Source of the DNA: an uncultured Candidatus Altimarinota bacterium
Lineage (GTDB): Bacteria; Patescibacteriota; Gracilibacteria; BD1-5; UBA6164
Direction of reading: 5' to 3'
Assembly: GCA_963518665.1 (NCBI GenBank)
Contig: CAUQKR010000002.1
Span: forward strand, 27 to 64,026
Length of the DNA: 64,000 nucleotides
Made by a program: the position numbers and the translations under genes. The notes under the pieces are model-generated. The model made no database searches and was not told where the DNA came from. It saw only the letters and a list, made by a program, of their open reading frames with translations. This document shows, one piece after another, positions 31,389-43,559 of this stretch; the first letter of the stretch is position 1; every line of letters begins with the position of its first letter.

Positions 31389-31785
31389 ATTTTTTTAGAT
31401 TCTTTAAAAAAGCATCTATTTCAAGCAATTTTTTATCATTTGGTTCTACCTTTGCAATCATAGAATCAAGTTGTTTATTTATATCTCAAGTTGTATCCAA
31501 AAAATCAACTTTTTTAATTTTAAAAAATGTTTTATAATTTTGCTCTGTAGCCAAAGAATTATCAAGTAAAAATTGTTTCAAAATTTTTCATTCAGATACA
31601 TAATCAATAAATCAAATTTTTTCATTATCAAAAAAATTTTTATTAAAAAGCAAAATTTCTTTTTCAGTCATCTCCATTTCTAAAAGTTCATTTTTTGTCA
31701 ATTCTTCTTCCAATAAAATAATTTTTTCTTGAATTTCATCATTATTTTCACTCAAAATTACTTGAAGGCAATTTATAAATTTCAT
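31387..31785 (-). CDS. hypothetical acidic helical protein (132 aa)
   Basis: ATG 31785 to TAA 31389-31387 with TGA as sense. Sits directly downstream of the PBP gene. Confidence 0.6.
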
Positions 31786-31805
31786 ATTTTTATAAAAATT
31801 AAATT

Positions 31806-34145
31806 TTATTTCTTACTTTTTGGAATACCATAATAATCAAACAAATAAGTTGCTATTTTATTGAAAATTTCTCAAGAAGTAGCTGCACCATATACATTTG
31901 TTCTAGGTCTTTCAAGTTTTACAATTATCACAAATTTTGGATCTTCTACAGGTCAATAACCTGCAAATGAAGCATTTGTCCAACCTGGTCAGCTTTGATA
32001 TTTTCAGTTATATAAAATTTGAGCTGTTCATGTTTTTCAAGCTAAATTATATCATTCAACTGCTCATTTTTTAGCTACTCAATCAGTAACTCAGTGTTGT
32101 AACATTTTTGTAATTAAAACAGAAGTTGACTCTTTTATAATTCTTCTTCTTTCTTCAGTTTTATTTAAAGCTTCTTGTCAATTTGGATAAATAATTTTTT
32201 CAATAATTTTTGGTTTCACATAAACTCATCAATTAGCTAAAGCATTATAAGCTGTAGCCATTTGTAAAGGAGTTGCTGATATTCATAGTCAATAACTTTT
32301 TGTAAATAAATTTGCCATTGACCACTTTTCCCAAGGAGTCAATTGTCATGTAATTTCACCTTCTAAATCAACTCAAGTTTTTTCTCAAAATCAAAAATTT
32401 TCTAAATATTCTGCTACTAAAGCCTTTCCTACTGCTTGAAAAATTCTAATCATTCAAACATTACAAGAATAATCCAAAGCATGCTCATAAGTATGATATC
32501 AAATACATTTTGTAGAATCATTTTTAATTTCAAATTGATCAATAAAAACACTTCATTTATCTTGATATTTTGAATTTTCATTTATTTCTCAACTATCTAA
32601 TCAAATAGCAACTGTAATGGCTTTCATAATAGACCCAGGTTCATAAACTGAGGAAATTGCATCATTTTTATAAACTCAAGCTCAAAATCAATTTTTATAT
32701 TTATATTTTACTAAAGCATTATTTCAAAGTTCTGAAACTGTTGCCTCTCTTAAATAAATTTCTTTATTATTGTAAATAAACTTTTGTCAATTTTCAGAGT
32801 CTTGAACAAAAACAGGATATCAAAGTAAATCAACTGAAGGATTTGGATACTTTGATGAAGTTACTCTTTCTAACTCATAAACATCAGAATAATTATTTAC
32901 ATCATAAGTTGGATAATTTGCCATAGCAATTATTCTACCAGTTTTTGGCTCTGTAACAACAACCGTTCATTTATTTGCTTGATATTTTGTTACTCAATCT
33001 TCTAAAATTTCTTCAACTTTTTTTTGAATATTTCTATCAATTGTAGTTACAAGTTTTACTCATTCTCAAATCAAATCACTTTGATCAAGAGAAATAGTAT
33101 TTATAATTCTATTTTTTTGATCTTTTCTAGCAATAATTTTTCAGTTATTTCATTTCAAAATATTATTAAAAAATCATTCTAAACCATATCTTCAAATCCC
33201 TGAATTATCTACAAATCATACAATTTGAGCTGCAATTGAACCTTCTGGATAATATCTACTTGGATTTTCTGTCAAAATAAAAAATCAATAAATAGAATTC
33301 TCTACATCCAAAACTTTTTTTGCAATTGCTTCTTTTTCTTCTTTTATCAAAGTTTTTATATTTTCTGAAGAATTTATAGAAATTTTATTAAAAATTTGTA
33401 CATATCTCAAATCCCTTTTTTTAGCCATTGCTTTTATTTCTTCAGCAGAAAAATTTAAAATAGCTCAAAGTTTAGCATTATTTTCATCTACAGAATTATA
33501 TTCTTCAGGATTTATGTAAATGGAAGTTCATTGAACATAAACTCATCTAATTTTTAAAACTTCTACTTGTGAAGCTTGAGTAGTAGAAAAATCACTTCAA
33601 ATTAAAACACTTGTTACTTTTGTTTTAGCTATTCTTGGAATAATTCTTTCAGAAATTTTTTTCTTGATATATTCTGGATTATTTTCAAAATCCTCCAGTT
33701 CTATAACTCTCAAAAATTTCAATAAATTATCTTTACATTTTTGTTTTGTAACTCAAAAACAAGTCTCTGTATAAACCAAATCTACTAAATAATTTCATAA
33801 TTTTTCTTTGTTTCATTTTGCAGCTGGATCAACTGCTATATCATACAAATTTATAGAGGTAGCCAAATAACTCGACTCTTTCATAGAATTATCCTTTTCT
33901 ATAGAAGATAAAATAGTTCATCTATTTGCTGGGACTGTAAAAGTACCAATTTGTTGTTTATCAGCAAGTTGAGTATAAAATTTATAATCAAAAACTGTAT
34001 AAGAAAATAATTTCCAAAGTACAACAGAAAAACAAATTATAAAAAATAACATAATTGTATGAATATCCTGCCATTTATCCATCAAATTATTTACAAATTT
34101 GCTTCTTTTTAGATTATAAACTAAGTTTTCAAATTTTTGTTTCAT
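31806..34145 (-). CDS. class B penicillin-binding protein (PBP2/FtsI-type transpeptidase, 779 aa)
   Basis: N-terminal TM anchor (track piece 33918-34145). SxxK in GSIMKA, SxN in YSCNVG, KTG in GKTGTAQ. Confidence 0.92.
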
Positions 34146-34325
34146 TTTTTAAAATAAGTTAATTTATAACTTAAAAAATATTATAACCATTTTTTATAAA
34201 ATTTAAAGAAAAAAATTTTTTTTCTTGCAAAAATAAAAATTTTGTATAAAATAAAAATATACTTGTTTACTGGTGTATTTTTCTGGTTTACAAGGAAATA
34301 TTTTAATTTTTTAAAAAATACATTT

Positions 34326-34595
34326 ATGAGTATTGCAAAAGATGCAAAAAAATCAATTATTGAAAATTTTGCACCAAAAAAAGGTGATACAGGTTCACCA
34401 GAAGTTCAAATTGCGCTTTTATCAGCAAAAATTGAAAACTTAAAAACTCACTTACTTGACCATAAAAATGATAACCACTCTAGAAGAGGTATTCTACTTA
34501 TGGTAGCAAAAAGAAGAAAATTATTAGCTTACTTAAAATCAAAATCTCAAGAAAAATATAAAGAGGTTATTGAAAAATTAGAATTAAGAAAATAA
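34326..34595 (+). CDS. rpsO: 30S ribosomal protein S15 (89 aa)
   Basis: [60 protein letters not shown]... Confidence 0.96.
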   Translation: MSIAKDAKKSIIENFAPKKGDTGSPEVQIALLSAKIENLKTHLLDHKNDNHSRRGILLMVAKRRKLLAYLKSKSQEKYKEVIEKLELRK

Positions 34596-34602
34596 TATTT
34601 AT

Positions 34603-34636
34603 AAACTCAAAAGTAAAACTTTTGAGTTTATTTTTT
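34603..34636 (+). terminator. intrinsic terminator after rpsO
   Basis: aaactcaaaagt aa acttttgagttt + T-run. Confidence 0.8.
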
Positions 34637-34697
34637 ACTTGCAAAACAAAAAAAAATATTTATAATTTAAAAAATTATTCATAAAAAAAATAAAAAA

Positions 34698-36224
34698 ATG
34701 CTTATAAATAACACAAAAACTAGAAAATTAGAAGATTTTAAACCCCTAAGTAGCAGAGAAGTAAAAGTTTATTATTGTGGACCAACTGTTTACAATTATG
34801 CTCACATTTGAAACTTAAGAGCTTATGTTTTTGAAGATATTGTTGTAAGAACTTTAAGATTTTTAGGTTACAATGTAACAACTACAATGAACCTAACAGA
34901 TATTGATGACAAAACTATCAGAGATAGTCAAAAAGCTGGAGAGAAACTAAAAGATTTTACAGAAAAATACAGTAAAATTTTTCTAGAAGATATAAAAAAA
35001 TTAAACATAATTCCAGCAAACAACATAGTTCCAGTTACAACTTTGATTCCAGAAATGACCCGTATGATTCAAACAATGATAAATAGAAAAAATGCCTATT
35101 TATCAGAAGATTGAAGTATTTATTTCAATGTTGCAACCTCAAAAAAATACTGAGATTTTGCTAGACTTGATAAAAAAAATATGAAATCTGGTGTCAGAAT
35201 AGACAATGATGAATACGAAAAAGATTCTGCTTCTGATTTTGTTCTTTGGAAAAGCTGGAAAGAAAGTGATGGAGAAAATTTTTGGCTTCAAGAATTTAAA
35301 ATCATAAAAAATGAAAACTTTAAAGAAAGCTCACTAAAAAATGAAAATATAAAAATTTTGGAAGAAAATGAAAAAGAAGCTTTACTAACAATCAAATGAA
35401 GACCTGGTTGGCATATAGAATGTTCTGCTTGTAATATGAAATACTTCTGACAACAAATTGATATTCATATGTGATGAATCGACTTGATCTTCCCTCACCA
35501 CCAAAATGAAATAGCTCAAACAGAAAGTTGTACTCATAAAGAATTTTCAAAATACTGGATTCACTCAGAACATCTAACAATTGACTGAAAAAAAATGAGT
35601 AAATCTCTAAATAATTTTTATACTTTAAAAGATTTAGAGGAAAAATATCCAGATATTTCAAAATCTGTTTTGTACAGAGCTATGAGACTTAGCTATATTT
35701 CAGGGAAATATTCAACTCAAATAGATTTTTCTTTCAAAAAACTGGAATCAAATTTTTCTGCAATTTCTTCTTTTGATGAAGCTCTAAAAACTCTAAACAG
35801 AGAAATAGAAATAAATGAAGATTTAAGAATTCCAAGCAGAGATTTCTCTGAGGAAATGCAATATTTTCTTTGAGAATTTTTGGAAAATATGGAAGAAGAT
35901 TTCAACACTCCAGAAGCTTTTGCAGTGTTTTTCAATTTTATAAAATTTTTAAATACTGGTATAAGAGAAAAACTTTTTTGTAAATCTGAGCTTGTCTCTA
36001 TGCTAGAACTTCTAAAAACTTTTGATCAAATTCTTTGAATTATGGATTTTTCAATTCTAGAAAAAACTGAAATTCCAGAAGAAATTTTTAAACTTTTTGA
36101 AGAAAGAAACAATTTCAAAAAAGAAAAAAATTTTGAAAAAGCAGATGAAATTAGAAATATTTTACTAGAAAAATGATACAAAATCATCGACAATAGAGAC
36201 TGAAGCTTTTTAGAAAGAGTGTAA
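34698..36224 (+). CDS. cysS: cysteine--tRNA ligase (508 aa)
   Basis: [13 protein letters not shown] (HIGH-type motif), [15 protein letters not shown]. Track pieces 34887, 35181 and 35595 are all in frame with ATG 34698. Confidence 0.95.
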
Positions 36225-36240
36225 TTTTTGACTTTAAACG

Positions 36241-36275
36241 AAAATCTTGCTATAATTTATGTAGCAAGATTTTTA
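36241..36275 (+). terminator. intrinsic terminator after cysS
   Basis: Stem atcttgcta / tagcaagat (36244-36252 pairs with 36262-36270), then TTTT. Confidence 0.75.
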
Positions 36276-36307
36276 AATCAAAAAATTTAATTAAATAATA
36301 AAAATAA

Positions 36308-37255
36308 ATGGAAAAAATAGATTCTTCAAAAAGAAAGCTTTTATTTTGAGGTTTGGCTCTTTGAACTCTGGCTTTGGCTGGATGAATAACTGAAGTAAAA
36401 GCAGAAACTTCAAAAAATACAAAAGAAATTTTAGAGTTATCAAGCATAGAAAAATCTGAAAAATTTGTCTGAAAAAATGAAGTAAATAATTTTACAAAAA
36501 TTTTTGCTATTTCTGGAGAAAATGATTTCTCAAAAAGAATTTCAAAAATACAAACTGAAAATTGACTAGAAACAACAGGATTTTTAGATAAAAAAACTAT
36601 AAATTTTATCTATAAAAATTTTTATTCAAAAATGAATTTGGAAACCTTACCAGTCGAAGTAAAAACAAAAATCTCTCTAGAAAAAGATTTTGCAAATTAT
36701 AGAAAATATTCAAATTTACCTTTAAATTGATTAAAAAGCCCTTTTTCTGAAGAATATTTTTACTGAAAAAATATATGAGAAAATATTTCTGGAACTTTTC
36801 TAAATGAAAAATTATTACAAGAAATAAATGATATTTCTATTTTTTCTGATGATTACAACAATTGAAACTCGATTCAAATCGATAAAATAAAAGGAAAATA
36901 TGTTTTAAAAATGTATCTAAACTGAAATTTAGTTGTATTAACTTATGTTTCTCCTGGAACTGCAAGCAATAGAACTCCACAAAATTTTAATTCAAGAATT
37001 GATTCTCTAAATAAATATTATGTTTCTTGAAGTTATCCAAAAAGATCAAGTTGAGTAAACGGTTGAGCTGTGATGCCTTTTGCTTATGAAATTGATGCTT
37101 CTAGATGAATTTATTGACATATCGGAGTTGTAAACTGACACTGACTTTCTCATGGTTGTGTGAGAGCACCATGATTTTATCAATATGGAATTTATGATTT
37201 GTTGCAAAAATCTGGAGAAAAAAATTTCAAAGTAAAAATCTGAAAACTTTATTAA
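36308..37255 (+). CDS. L,D-transpeptidase (YkuD domain) with peptidoglycan-binding domain (315 aa)
   Basis: Signal/TM KLLFGGLALGTLALAGG. PG-binding-like ...ENGLETTGFLDKKT. Catalytic GHIGVVNGHGLSHGCVRAP. Confidence 0.85.
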
Positions 37256-37281
37256 AAATCTCTTTAAAAAGAGATTTTTTT
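37254..37281 (+). terminator. intrinsic terminator
   Basis: aaaaatctcttt aa aaagagattttttt. Confidence 0.75.
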
Positions 37282-37340
37282 ATTTTACTTTTTTTACAAA
37301 AGTCTTATAATAAAATAAATATTTTTTAAAAAATAAAATT

Positions 37341-38576
37341 ATGACTGCAACAAATATTTATATTATTTTTTTGGTTTTGCTTGCTTTTGAATTTTGTGTT
37401 TCTAGTATTTTAAGTTATTTAAACAAAAAAAATTGGAAACTAACTTTGCCAGATGAAGTAAAAGAAGTTTACAATGAAGAAGAATATAAAAAATCAATGA
37501 AATACGAACAAGCAAAATACAGTTTTTGAAAAATTTCAACTTTGTTTTCTAGTTTGATTATTTTTTTACTTGTTTGATTTTGAATTTTTTGAAAAGTTTT
37601 TGATTTCATAGCAAATTTTTGATTTCATGAAATAATCACAAATCTAATTTTTTTATGAATTTTACTTTTATCTCAAACTATTTTAAACTTACCTTTTGCT
37701 TATTATAGCACTTTTGTAATAGAACAAAAATTTTGATTCAACAAATCTACAAAAAAATTATTTTTCATAGATACTATAAAAACTTTTTTACTTGGACTTG
37801 TTATCTGATGAATAATTTTTGCTTTGTTAAATTATTTTTACATACTTTCTAGCTCTTATTTTTGGCTTTTTGCTTGGATTTTTATCACACTTTTTTCTGT
37901 TTTTATGATTTTATTTCATAGTAGTTTGATTGTTCCACTGTATAATAAACAAACTCCACTTCCAGAATGAGAACTAAAAGAAAAAATCACATCTTTTGCA
38001 AAAACTATTGGTTTCACTATCACAGATATTTTTGTAATAGACTGAAGCAAAAGATCGACAAAAGCAAATGCTTATTTTTCAGGTTTTTGACCAAAAAAGA
38101 GAATAGTTTTGTTTGACACACTTATAAAAGATTTGACTCACGAAGAACTTGTAGCAGTTTTGGCTCATGAGCTTGGACACTACAAGAAAAGACATATTTT
38201 ACAAATGTTTATTTTTAGTGTAATCCAAAGCTGAATAATATTTTTTATACTTGGGCTTATTTTGGCAAATCCAGTTTTTGCAAATGCACTTGGAAGCTCT
38301 TGAAATAGCTTTATTTTATGAATTCTTGCTTTTTCTATAATTTTTTCTCCAGTTTCGATGATACTTTGAGTTCTATGAAATATTTTATCTAGAAAAAATG
38401 AGTATGAAGCTGATGAGTTTTCTGCAAAAACTTATAATTCTGAAGCTCTAAGAAATGCTCTAATCAAGCTTTCAAAAAACAACTTAGCAAACTTGACTCC
38501 ACACAAAGCTTATGAATTTTTTTATTATTCTCATCCAGGGATTTTAAAAAGATTAAAAGCATTAAAAAAAGACTAA
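37341..38576 (+). CDS. M48 family zinc metalloprotease, Ste24/CAAX-protease-like (411 aa)
   Basis: Multi-TM N-terminal half, NAYFSGFG, HELGHYKKRH, NEYEADEF. Confidence 0.88.
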
Positions 38577-38595
38577 AAATTTTTAGTCTTTTTTA
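38564..38595. terminator. bidirectional terminator
   Basis: aaaaagactaaaaa tttttagtctttttt. Confidence 0.8.
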
Positions 38596-38598
38596 GTT

Positions 38599-39361
38599 TT
38601 ATTTACATTCTTTTTTAAGTTTAAATACATCTATATATGTATCAAAACAATTAGCACGATAGGCTTTTCTAATATCTAATTTTACATTATTTGTAGAAAT
38701 ATTTAAAGTAACCATTTTTTTAGGGTTTTTATTTTCATTTGGGTAAAAAATAACTCAATTTGTTCAATTTTGATTTTTAAAATATAATTTTCAATCCTTT
38801 TCATATAAATACACATTTAAATTTACAAAAGTCTTATATTCTATACTAGGAGTTCTGTTTTTTTCTATATTATATCAAAATCTTTTTAATATTTCTTTAG
38901 TATTCATTTCCTTATTAGGGCAAGTTGTAGTTTTAGGTGATTCAGGTATAATACAAGTAGTTTTTACTACTTTTTCATCAGAAAATGCTTCTTCTCTACA
39001 TTCTTTTTTTATTTTTAAAGTATTATCTACTGCATCAAAACAATCTCCTCTATAAAAAACTCAAGTAAAATTATTATTTCTTCCCAATTTTATAATTTTA
39101 TTATTTCTTATTGTATTTCCAATATAATAACCATCTTTTTTAGTGTATATTTCAGTAATTATATCATCTACATTATTTCATACTCAATAAAAATTATTCT
39201 CATCTCCTATAATATATGATATATTTTTAGATGATAAATCACCTGTGTAAATATTACATGAGTTTTTGATTTCCACTTTTCAATCTCAAGGTTTATAACA
39301 AGTACCACTAATTAGAGTTGGGGAAGGTTCATTGTGTGGTGTTTCATAATCATTATCACTT
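38599..39361 (-). pseudogene. out-of-frame 3' continuation of the giant pilin-like gene (254 codons, no start codon of its own)
   Basis: The frame is open from 39387 to TAA 38601-38599 and has no ATG near its 5' end. It would join the upstream ORF if the G10 tract were G9 or G12. Cys-rich sequence ...GTCYKPGDGKVEIKNSCNIY...RGDCFDAVDNTLKIKKECREE...RANCFDTYIDVFKLKKECK. Confidence 0.6.
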
Positions 39362-41275
39362 TTAATTCCCCCCCCCCAAGTTTTGGCTTAAAATTCAGGT
39401 TTTTCAATCAAGGATTTTATTTGATTTTATACAACCTTCTTCTTCGTTTTTACGATATTGCGTCAAATATCAATATTGTTCTTTAAAGCACTTTCAAGTC
39501 ACAAATTTTAATCATTCTCAAGGAACATATGCTTTATCTATTGAATTTGTTTTTAGATAATAAACATAAAGTTCTCATCTTTTTAAAAAGAAAACTTTAT
39601 TTACTGCTCCAGATGCCTCATGCTTAGTAATTCAAAAATAATTATCACTTTTAGTTATATCAGAAAAATTTTTTATATTTCTATCAAATACTTTTTTTTC
39701 TAATCAATTTAAAACTTTACTATAATTTTTTTTTACAGCTTCAGGTTGATACTTCCCATCTTTACAAATATTTTGAATTGTATCTATTTTTCATCATTCA
39801 TTACTAGCATAAATTCTAAAACAATTTGCAGAATAATAAATATTATCTGGAGTTTTTACTTTTGATTCTCCAGAAAAAGTTAGTTTGATTTTATCATTAT
39901 CATTATTATATAAATCAAATTTTACTCAAGATTTTGTAACTGGTAAATCTCATTGTCTATTACCATCATTTTTAGACTTATAAAATTTTTTTCATTCATA
40001 AAATTCATCTAAAGATATTTCTAAGATTGTTCTCTCTTCAGAATCAATTAAACTTTCTGATTTCACTGTTCTTTTGATACAGTCAGAATTATAACAATCA
40101 TCTGGAAGCTCATAAACTACTACATCTGGAGCAAGCTCTCAACCTTTGTTTTCTGTTACTTTATTTAGTGGATATGGAATTTTATCTGCTGGTATATCAA
40201 CTCTAATTTTTTCAGTTGTACTTCTTCCATTTTTTATTCTGATAATAAGTCTTTCTCCAGGATTTAATGTTATAGGATTAGAATTTCTTTTTATTATATC
40301 AATTTTTCATTTAACAAGTATAAATTGTTTTTTATCAGCATTTACTCAAAAAACAGTTCATCTAACTGCTGCCGTTGTATCAGCTGTAGTTACAGAAAAA
40401 TCTGATTCAGATTCTCTTTGACTTCAAGCAAAAATCCACATACTTCCAGCATCTAAAAACATTGCTATTTTTGATTTATCATTTCATTTTACAAAAGTAA
40501 ATAAATCATTATCCCTTCAAAAAGTAAGTTTTATATCATCTTTTAAATCAAGTCTAGCTATACTTCATTCTGAAAAATATAAATCATAATATTTTTTTCA
40601 ATTCTCTTCAGTTGCTAAATCTACTATTTTTCAGATTTCTACATTATTTTTAAAAATTTTTCAATCTCTATACTCTAAAACATCTTTTTCTTCAAAAGAG
40701 TTTCAATTTTTATCTGTTGCTGTAAGCAAAACTTTTTCTGGATTATATGGAAGTTTTCCTTCTCAGTCAGCTATAAAATAAGGTCAATTATATTCTCTAA
40801 TTAAACTTATTGTTCATTTATCCCCTGTATAGTTTCCAGATATTTTTGCCAGATAATCAGCTCAGTTTTTTATAACTCAAGCAACTTCAAAAGTTTGTTT
40901 ATCTTTTAGAAGTCCGTAAGCATAATATTGGTTATTTCTTGGATCTCTTGGGATTTCACTCAAAAAATTTGATTGAGATAAAACTCCATAAACTCAGATA
41001 GATTCTGAATCTTTATCAGAAAAATTTTCATGGCTATATCATCACTCTTTGTTAAAATAATTCAAAGTTCCATTTGGAAGTGATAATTCTTTTTTTTCTG
41101 TTATTTCTGAATTTAGTGCAACTCATAAGTTAGAAAGTTGACTTTCTATTGTGGCATTTATAGTTTTTTGTTTTGAATCTCCTGAGATTTTCATCACTAC
41201 AAATCATAAAAGTATCAAAATACTTATAACTATAATTATTTCTACAAAAGAAAATCATTTTTTGTTTCTTTCCAT
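39362..41275 (-). CDS. giant type IV pilin-like protein (637 aa as written; about 891 aa if fused across the G tract)
   Basis: ATG 41275. MERNKKGFSFVEIIIVISILILLGFVV is a prepilin signal with G|FSFVE. The ORF ends 2 codons after the G10 run (TAA 39364-39362). Confidence 0.8.
39368..39377 (-). repeat. homopolymeric G10 (C10 on + strand) inside coding sequence
   Basis: Read directly: tttaattccc cccccccaag. A G/C run of this length stands out in this AT-rich window. Confidence 0.95.
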
Positions 41276-41385
41276 ACGATAAAAATAAAAAAATAATATT
41301 TCAATTAAATTATATCTATTTTTTCAAAAAACAATAAATTTTTTTAAAAATTCTATTGACAAAAAAAGAAAATATTTTTTAAAAT

Positions 41386-41414
41386 AAAAAATCTACTTTT
41401 AAAAAGTAGATTTT
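41386..41414 (-). terminator. intrinsic terminator after the YuiD-like gene
   Basis: aaaaatctacttt taaa aagtagattttt. Confidence 0.75.
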
Positions 41415-41830
41415 TACATAAATTGTAAAATATAAGCAACAAAAACTCACAAAACACTTCAAGCAAAAGCTTCGCTTGGCAAGTGTCAAAGAGATTCTTT
41501 ATATTTTAGTTCTCATAAATTTCTATTTAATTCTTTTGCATGTTGTCCTGCTTCAAATCTAATATTTATTGCATCATAAATAATTATCATTGTAAAAGCT
41601 AAGCTTATAGCAAAAATATCATCATGAATTCCATGTTTTATAGCCATAGCTGTAGTAAGAGAGACAGCAACAGCTGAGTGAACAGAAGGCATTCAACCAG
41701 TTCAAAGTGCTTTATCCAAGTCAACTTTTCAAGTTGTTATTTTTATATAGATTCATTTCAAAAAAACTGTAACCAAAAAAGTTATAGCAGGAACAAGCAA
41801 AATATTTTCATAAAAAAAATTATGTTGCAT
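41413..41830 (-). CDS. YuiD/DUF212 (divergent PAP2) family membrane protein, apparent frameshift in a T8 run
   Basis: ATG 41830 gives MQHNFFYENILLVPAITFLVTVFF, the expected first TM helix. The conserved remainder (KGIYIKITTGKVDLDKALGTGGMPSVHSAVAVSL...) is in the adjacent frame from 41760 to TAA 41415-41413. The junction is the A8 run at 41759-41766. Confidence 0.6.
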
Positions 41831-41837
41831 AAAATTT

Positions 41838-42311
41838 TTATTTAATATCTAAAATTTTATATTCAAAAGTTCCACCTAAAGCTTGAACTTTTACTTTTGT
41901 TCAGATTTTTTTTCAAAGAATTGCTACTCAAATTGGAGATTCATTTGAAATCATTTTTGGTTCAGAAAAAATATCAGCTTCAGTAGAACCAACTATTTTT
42001 AAGTTTTCTACTTCATTTGTTTCTAGATTTTCTACTTCAACCAAAGAACCTATATTTACTCTTCAACCTTTTTCTTCAGATTCTTCGATTATTTCAACTT
42101 CTTTTAATTGTTCTTCTAAATCAATAATTCTATGTTCAACTTGTGCTTGTTCATTTCTAGCATCTTCATATTCTGAGTTTTCTGAAAGATCTCAAAAAGA
42201 AATTGCTTCTTTAAGTTTTTCAGCTATTTCAAGTCTTCTAACGGTTTTTAGGTGTTCTAGCTCTTGTTGTAATTTCTCTAGTCACTCTTTTGTTAAGTAT
42301 ATTTTTGCCAT
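41838..42311 (-). CDS. greA: transcription elongation factor GreA (157 aa)
   Basis: [56 protein letters not shown]... Confidence 0.93.
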
Positions 42312-42322
42312 TTTTGTAAAAA

Positions 42323-42982
42323 TTATTTCTTAAAATTTTGTAATTTTTGTTTTATATTATCATATTCAGTTTTTGGAAATTTTAGTCAAAAAACAAATCA
42401 GTTATTGTCGATAACAATTCTAACTGTTTCATCATTTATATCATTATCAAAATTGATATAAAAAGATTTTTCACCAAAATTATTTGTTTCATTTACAGTA
42501 AATCTATTTTGAATAACTTTGAAAACATCTAAAACTCCATTATAATCTTTTGTTGTAAAAAGATACAGAGTAAATCATTTTTTTCAAGCATATTCGTAAT
42601 AATTATCAGGATATTCATTTGTAACATCAAATAAATTTGCTGAGACTTCAAGTTTTCACAAATCATAATCAGCAAACAAATCTAAAATATCTTGATATCA
42701 TTTTCATAGTTTTACTTCTTGTTTTACTGTAGTTTGTGTATTTTTATTGTCTTCAACTGCTTTTGTTGCTGTCACATTTTTTTCTTCCTCCTTCTTTCTT
42801 TCCTCTACAGTTCCAGAAAAATAATCTTTTGCTATACTTCAAGTTTTTACATTATTTTCTTTATTTGAAACTGTTTTTACTGTTTTTAAAAAATCTCTAT
42901 ACTCTTCTGAAGAATAATAAAAAGCAATATTTACAATAAAAATACTAGCTAGAAATAATATGAATAATATAATATTTTTCAT
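42323..42982 (-). CDS. hypothetical N-terminally anchored protein (219 aa)
   Basis: ATG 42982, MKNIILFILFLASIFIVNIAF, TAA 42325-42323. Frames agree with TGA as sense. Confidence 0.65.
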
Positions 42983-43002
42983 AAATTTTTTTTAAATTTT
43001 TA

Positions 43003-43530
43003 TTAAACTTTTATATCTGCAAATTCTAATTCAATTGGAGTATCTCTTCAAAGAATATTTACATTCAATTTAACAGTTCATTTTTTATCATTTACTTCAG
43101 TGATAATTCACTCATTTCCTTCAAAAGGTCCTTTGATAATAAGTGAAACATCTCAAACTTTATATTTTGATTCAAAAGTTTCTGAGTGTTCTTGAACTCT
43201 TCATTTTAATTGTTCTAATTCTGCTCAAGAAACTGGTACTGGAATATTTCAAGCTCATAAAAATCAAGTTACATTTGGAGTATTTCTAACAATAAACCAA
43301 CTTTCATTTGTAACAACCATATTTACAAGAATATATCCAGGTAAGAGATTTCTTTGTTTTTTTACTTTTTGTCCTCAAGCTCTAACTGAAACTACATCAT
43401 GAACAGGAACATACACATCTAAAATATATTCTTCCATTCACAATCATTCTCTCCTTTGAAAAAGAGATTTTTTTACATTTTCTTCAGTTCCAGAAACAAC
43501 TTGGATAACATACCATTCTGCTTTTGCCAT
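43003..43530 (-). CDS. nusG: transcription termination/antitermination factor NusG (175 aa)
   Basis: MAKAEWYVIQVVSGTEENVKKSL..., plus the KOW segment GDVSLIIKGPFEGNEGIITEV. Confidence 0.94.
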
Positions 43531-43559
43531 TTCTAAATATTTTTATAATCTAAAATTTA

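Noticed and set aside
36228-36256. A perfect TTGACT-17-TATAAT promoter upstream of the L,D-transpeptidase gene.
   Set aside because: The -10 hexamer is the loop of the cysS terminator hairpin (36244-36270). It may still fire, but it cannot be separated from the terminator by sequence alone, so it is not listed as a feature.
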